From an uncultured virus (IMG/VR IMGVR_UViG_3300008266_000126) (taxonomy: Duplodnaviria > Heunggongvirae > Uroviricota > Caudoviricetes): 64,000 bases of DNA. This document shows, piece by piece, positions 59,669 to 64,000 of the stretch. The position numbers and the translations under genes were made by a program. The DNA is taken from IMG/VR virus record IMGVR_UViG_3300008266_000126; one strand, written 5' to 3'. Within the stretch, counting starts at the first letter, position 1. Each line of letters opens with the position of its first letter. The notes beneath the pieces are model-generated. The model was given only the letters and a program-made list of their open reading frames with translations. It was not told the DNA's origin and ran no database searches.

Positions 59669-60106
59669 TTATTGTTTAGATGTTGCTCTTAACATCCATT
59701 GGTGTTTTCTATGAATTTCCATACGACCTTGAAGGAAATTGGAAAGACCTATCTCACCTGCTTCATTAGCAAGTTTATCTAATTCACCAATTAAAAACAT
59801 CACTTTAGTATTATCTTCCATAGCAACTCTTATCATCTGACTAGCAGGGAGTGTTTCAAATTGATCACTTACTACACTGAGTGCTGAAAATCTACCTAGA
59901 GAACCAGGTGCATATGCTTGTAATGCTCTAAGATGCTCTGCATAATTATCTACACTACCATGAACATCTGAATAAAGATCACCAAATAATTCATGATATT
60001 GAGGGAAGTTTGGACCCTCTACATTCCAATGAAAGAAATGCAATTTAAGATAGAATGAAAAATTAGATGCATGTAATATTTTTAGTTTTTCAATAAGCTG
60101 TTCCAT
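59669..60106 (-). CDS. dps: Dps (DNA starvation/stationary phase protection) ferritin-like protein
   Basis: HFFHWNVEGPNFPQYHELF...Y...D.YAE.LR; H.KH.WML. Confidence 0.93.
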   Translation of the reverse strand: MEQLIEKLKILHASNFSFYLKLHFFHWNVEGPNFPQYHELFGDLYSDVHGSVDNYAEHLRALQAYAPGSLGRFSALSVVSDQFETLPASQMIRVAMEDNTKVMFLIGELDKLANEAGEIGLSNFLQGRMEIHRKHQWMLRATSKQ

Positions 60107-60288
60107 TAAGTTCCTCCGTTGCCACCGCCGTTCCCGCCTCCGGAGCTTGAACTTTTACCTGGTGGGTGTCTTTCTATTTTACCTGATGCCATACGAATTC
60201 CTACCATAGGAGGATTCCATGTTTTTCTTTTTCCTGTAGTTCCAGCTGGAACTGATAATTCTGATATAAATTGTTTAAACGTTACCAC
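60106..60288 (-). CDS. Putative internal head protein
   Basis: N-terminal MVTFKQFISE resembles the T4 capsid-targeting sequence. Confidence 0.55.
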   Translation of the reverse strand: MVTFKQFISELSVPAGTTGKRKTWNPPMVGIRMASGKIERHPPGKSSSSGGGNGGGNGGT

Positions 60289-60662
60289 GCTTTACAACTC
60301 CAATATCTAGCTTTATGTCTAGGACCTGGACTATCACAATTATGTCTTGCACGGAATGATCTTCTACGTGCAGGTATATTCTTTTTAATTCTCATATTAG
60401 GATCACCAAAGTTAACCTTAACTACGTTACCTTTATCATTTCTAACGTAAACAGCTCTCTTTTTTGGTCCATCTGGTGTAAGGAATGGTTTACCTAATTT
60501 AACTTTACGTCCACCGTGTTCTGCTTCTTCTTCTATTTCGTTCCAGTCTTCGTAAAGCTCATCACCTGATACAACAAAATCTTCTTCGATGAGTTCATGA
60601 ATTTCCATTTCCTCATCTAATAGACAGCCATTTTCTTCTGAATGTTCTTTAAAGGTTTTCAT
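60282..60662 (-). CDS. Putative internal head protein (conserved SFRARH.C...ARYWSC family)
   Basis: MKTFKEH start; acidic leader then basic domain KK..VYV...V.FGD. Confidence 0.7.
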   Translation of the reverse strand: MKTFKEHSEENGCLLDEEMEIHELIEEDFVVSGDELYEDWNEIEEEAEHGGRKVKLGKPFLTPDGPKKRAVYVRNDKGNVVKVNFGDPNMRIKKNIPARRRSFRARHNCDSPGPRHKARYWSCKAW

Positions 60663-60963
60663 TTTTATTTTTCTCTTTTACTATACCTTTATGAGATACA
60701 TCATGCACTTTATATCCCATTTTATGGTATTTCATTTGTGTTTTAAAAATTGCATCGTGTTTATTTTTAGCACGTATTTTATCTTTAAAGTATTCTTTAT
60801 TACCATCTTTAGAAGCAGTAGTGTGTACCTTATGCTCTGGTTCTTGAAAGTTGGATATATCTTTAACCAGAACATTCTTTCTTTTTACTTTAAGTTCAGC
60901 AGTCTTCTGTCTTAAAGTAAGAGCTTCATTTAATTGATCTAAAAATTCTCTAAAAGTAATCAT
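60649..60963 (-). CDS. Putative internal head protein
   Basis: MITFREFLDQLNE start. Confidence 0.55.
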   Translation of the reverse strand: MITFREFLDQLNEALTLRQKTAELKVKRKNVLVKDISNFQEPEHKVHTTASKDGNKEYFKDKIRAKNKHDAIFKTQMKYHKMGYKVHDVSHKGIVKEKNKNENL

Positions 60964-63900
60964 TTTACCTTACCCACATCAGTTCTTCTTCTTACTTTTT
61001 CTACTGCTTTATTTAATGTTTCGGATGCAACAGGTGTTTTACTTTTAATACCAGTAAGTGTTCTAATTTTGTTAACTTTACCAATCAGTTCATTAGATAG
61101 TTCATTGAGAGTTTCTTCATTTGTACTTTTCCAACCACCACCTTTTGATTTATACCATTTTGCAGCCCAGCCGTTAGCATATGCAGAAGGATATACATCA
61201 AACTTACTTTTTGCTAAAGCTTTAGCTCTTGACCATAATTCAGGGTTGGTAGGTTTATTTTTCTCGTTTATTATTTCTTCAGATACAGGGGGTATTTTGC
61301 TACGCAGTTTATCTAGAGGATCAGAACGAAGCATCTTTCCTCCGCTACCATCTAGATCTGCATCACCTTTTTTTAATTTACCTGATCTTGTAAAATGAAA
61401 ACCTTTAGGAGCACTCTTAGTTTCCTTTATATTATTTTCTTCTTTTTGAGGACCAGGATTTTTACCTTTTTTCTTACCTGCTTTAATTAGAGCAATTGCA
61501 ATAGCAGCTTGTTGTGCAGGATTTGCTGCTTCAGATTGTGTTTTATTGAGATCTCTAATTGTTTTAAGATGAGGATCTTCAATATAAGAATGTTCTTTTT
61601 CTAAACCCATACGTTTAGCATTAGTCATAATAAGATCAGCGATATGCTCTGCTTTTTCTATATCGTCTTTATCTGAGTGACCAATTGCTACCACTTGTTT
61701 TTCTAATCTAAACAGAAGATCATGTAACATCATATTCTCAACTGCAAGATGAGACATCTGTGTTTTATTTTCTATACCTGTGTACAATTTTACTGCACTT
61801 GGACATATATCAAAGTGCTTAGTAGTATAACTACCAAATGTAACCTGACCTGAAGGAGTCATTTCTACTTCTTCTGTTCTTACGTTGATAGGTGCACCAC
61901 CTTTACCAGGGCGGTCAGCTACTGGATCTTCTCTTCTTTTTCTACGTGCAGCTAATGCACGATCATCTTTATCCATTGCTCTTGCTTTTGCAATAGGAAG
62001 ACATTTTGGTTTACCTTCACCTGGTTCTCTTGCACAATCACCTTTAATATTACCTTTAGTGTCCATGCGGACCCATTTATCTTTAAACCACTGGCGGAGA
62101 TCTTCTTTTACTTCTTTTTTTTTATTTTCTTTATCAATAATAGCCTGATAGTCTGCAGCGTTTTGCTTTAAAGCAGCTGCTGCAGTATCTATTTTCTTAC
62201 CAATACCTGGTCTTGCTTTCTCTATTTTTTCCCACGGTGATTTATAACCTTTACCATATGCTTCTGATTTAAACATATCTGGAGTATAATCATTTACATT
62301 AGGTAACTTTAAAGGTATTTTTGATTTAAAATCTGGTATAGTAGCTTTTGGTAATTTTAAAGCCTGTTTAGCAGTATCATTTGAAGGTGATGACATGTTG
62401 CTAGGTGGACCTTTACCAAAAGATGCTTCTGGTTGTTCATCAATTATTTGCTTTTTAATAGCTTGATGACGATAAGGTCTATCATCTGTTTTACGATCTT
62501 CACCTTTTCTAACTACTAGATCTATATCTTTACGTTCTTGACCAGAACGAGGAACTGCTTCTCTATTTTTACCAAATTGCTCATCAAAAACATTATCTAG
62601 ATCTTCTTTTACATTCTCTTTTGCAGCCATTTCTATTTCTTTATCTAACGCATCTTTTTCACGCATTCTTTTAAAGAAATCAGGATTATATCTATTCTTT
62701 ACTGCATTGACTGCAAGAGTAACATCATCTTCAACTGCTATTTCTTTTTTTGCTTCTTCTATTTCTTTTTCACCGGGTGTATCGTTTTTGTATATTTTAG
62801 TCAAAGATGATGTACCCCATTCTCTTTTATGGGTGTTACTACGGTCTATATCTTCTATTACTACATCATAAATTGCATTTAGAAATTCGTATGACTCTAA
62901 TAGATTTGATATATCAAGATCTTCTTTTGTAAATCTTCTTGATTCTTTTTTTCTAACCTGAGGTACTAGTCTCATTGCTAGTCTACGGATTGCTGCTTTT
63001 CTCTTTGAAACAATGTTTTCTATTCTCTGTTTTTCTGCAGCAGAAAGAGATTCAGGATCACGACCACCTGCTAGTTTTGATTTCATCTTTTTAATTGCAA
63101 GTTTACGTGCTCTGTTTGTAATAACTTTTGTATTTGCTCTTCTTAACATAGAGCGTTTTCTAGCTAATTCAATACGGCTTTGGTAGCGGCGCATAATCAT
63201 TGCTCTCTTCATTCTTTGTTGAAGAGTAATTTCGTCTAGTTGTTCTTCTTCTGTAAACAACTCATCAAATAAATCGTCTAGATCTTCTTTAATGGATTTA
63301 ATGTGATCAGCAATTTCTTCAGCATGTGAATGCAATGCTTTCGGAAGACCTGATTTAAATGCTTTCATATTACCTGATCTTGCATGTTCACGCATCTTAG
63401 TACCAGACATACCTTCAGTACCTTCTGCATCTGGATCTCTATGACCTGCAGAAACCACTTTAATTGACTTAAAATTATAATGACCTTCTTTGCCGTTATA
63501 CTGATGAAGTTTCTTATGATAATCATCTACACGGTCTGAACCCGCTACCATTACTAAATGATGGTAACCAGCATCATGCAGTTTCTTAGCCTGATGTAAG
63601 AAGGATGGGTGTTCTTTATCAGAAGAAGATACAGAAGTAGTTGGTTTAACTACCTTCTTAAGATAACCTACTTTTTTCTCTTTAGGAAGAGGATTCTTAC
63701 CATTACCTTCAGAATGTGATGCAATAATATGTGCATCACCTTTATGTTCTGAAGCTACCGATTCTACTTTATGAATAAGCTTTTCGTGTCCAACAGTAGG
63801 AGGGTTATAACGGCCAAATGCCATAACTGCTGTTTTCTCTTTTTCTTCTTGAATAGGATTAATAGTGATTTGATCAGGTTTAGAACCAGTCATAGTTCTT

Positions 63901-63992
63901 GACTTGGAAATAACGTCTTTAACAACAGTAGTTTTAAGCTTTTTTGAGCTAACCTGTGTGTTTTGATTGTTGTCTTTATTCTGATCTGACAT
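60960..63992 (-). CDS. Multi-module protein with an N-terminal cytidyltransferase-like (HIGH family) domain
   Basis: FGRYNPPTVGHEKL, NPL, MVAGSDRV, SAG.RDPDAEG..GMS.TKMR, followed by several basic modules joined by acidic linkers. Confidence 0.85.
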   Translation of the reverse strand: MSDQNKDNNQNTQVSSKKLKTTVVKDVISKSRTMTGSKPDQITINPIQEEKEKTAVMAFGRYNPPTVGHEKLIHKVESVASEHKGDAHIIASHSEGNGKNPLPKEKKVGYLKKVVKPTTSVSSSDKEHPSFLHQAKKLHDAGYHHLVMVAGSDRVDDYHKKLHQYNGKEGHYNFKSIKVVSAGHRDPDAEGTEGMSGTKMREHARSGNMKAFKSGLPKALHSHAEEIADHIKSIKEDLDDLFDELFTEEEQLDEITLQQRMKRAMIMRRYQSRIELARKRSMLRRANTKVITNRARKLAIKKMKSKLAGGRDPESLSAAEKQRIENIVSKRKAAIRRLAMRLVPQVRKKESRRFTKEDLDISNLLESYEFLNAIYDVVIEDIDRSNTHKREWGTSSLTKIYKNDTPGEKEIEEAKKEIAVEDDVTLAVNAVKNRYNPDFFKRMREKDALDKEIEMAAKENVKEDLDNVFDEQFGKNREAVPRSGQERKDIDLVVRKGEDRKTDDRPYRHQAIKKQIIDEQPEASFGKGPPSNMSSPSNDTAKQALKLPKATIPDFKSKIPLKLPNVNDYTPDMFKSEAYGKGYKSPWEKIEKARPGIGKKIDTAAAALKQNAADYQAIIDKENKKKEVKEDLRQWFKDKWVRMDTKGNIKGDCAREPGEGKPKCLPIAKARAMDKDDRALAARRKRREDPVADRPGKGGAPINVRTEEVEMTPSGQVTFGSYTTKHFDICPSAVKLYTGIENKTQMSHLAVENMMLHDLLFRLEKQVVAIGHSDKDDIEKAEHIADLIMTNAKRMGLEKEHSYIEDPHLKTIRDLNKTQSEAANPAQQAAIAIALIKAGKKKGKNPGPQKEENNIKETKSAPKGFHFTRSGKLKKGDADLDGSGGKMLRSDPLDKLRSKIPPVSEEIINEKNKPTNPELWSRAKALAKSKFDVYPSAYANGWAAKWYKSKGGGWKSTNEETLNELSNELIGKVNKIRTLTGIKSKTPVASETLNKAVEKVRRRTDVGKVK

Positions 63993-64000
63993 TATATTTC

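Overview
This window is 64 kb of an AT-rich, densely coding T4-like (Tevenvirinae-related) myophage genome. The host is most likely an Alphaproteobacterium, judged from a permuted two-piece tmRNA and an alpha-type AcpS. 1-34.4 kb is a late morphogenesis region: fibre proteins, a collagen-like GYTGS-repeat protein divergent from a three-domain glycosyltransferase, a DUF4815/VrlC-like protein split by one in-frame TAA, baseplate gp8-7-6-25, a gp5 spike split over two genes with cell-wall hydrolase domains, gp27-53-48, gp4-2-54-26-51 and a tape-measure candidate. 34.4-55 kb holds replication and metabolism genes (gp32, gp59, gp33, PhoH, RNase H, RuvC-like, class II RNR, primase) and a divergent early-promoter region around a four-copy inverted repeat. 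55-64 kb holds spanins, a lipase, Dps and putative internal head proteins. The main candidates for new biology are: (1) a phage acyl-chain module (ACP, FabF and desaturase directly behind the tmRNA, plus its own AcpS); (2) a gp26/gp51 -1 frameshift ahead of the tape-measure candidate, like lambda G/GT; (3) a structured ~117-nt segment inside the two-piece tmRNA; (4) a late-promoter-coupled collagen fibre/glycosyltransferase pair; (5) capsid-targeted cargo proteins and a possible polyprotein. All calls come from reading motifs by eye; no database searches were run.
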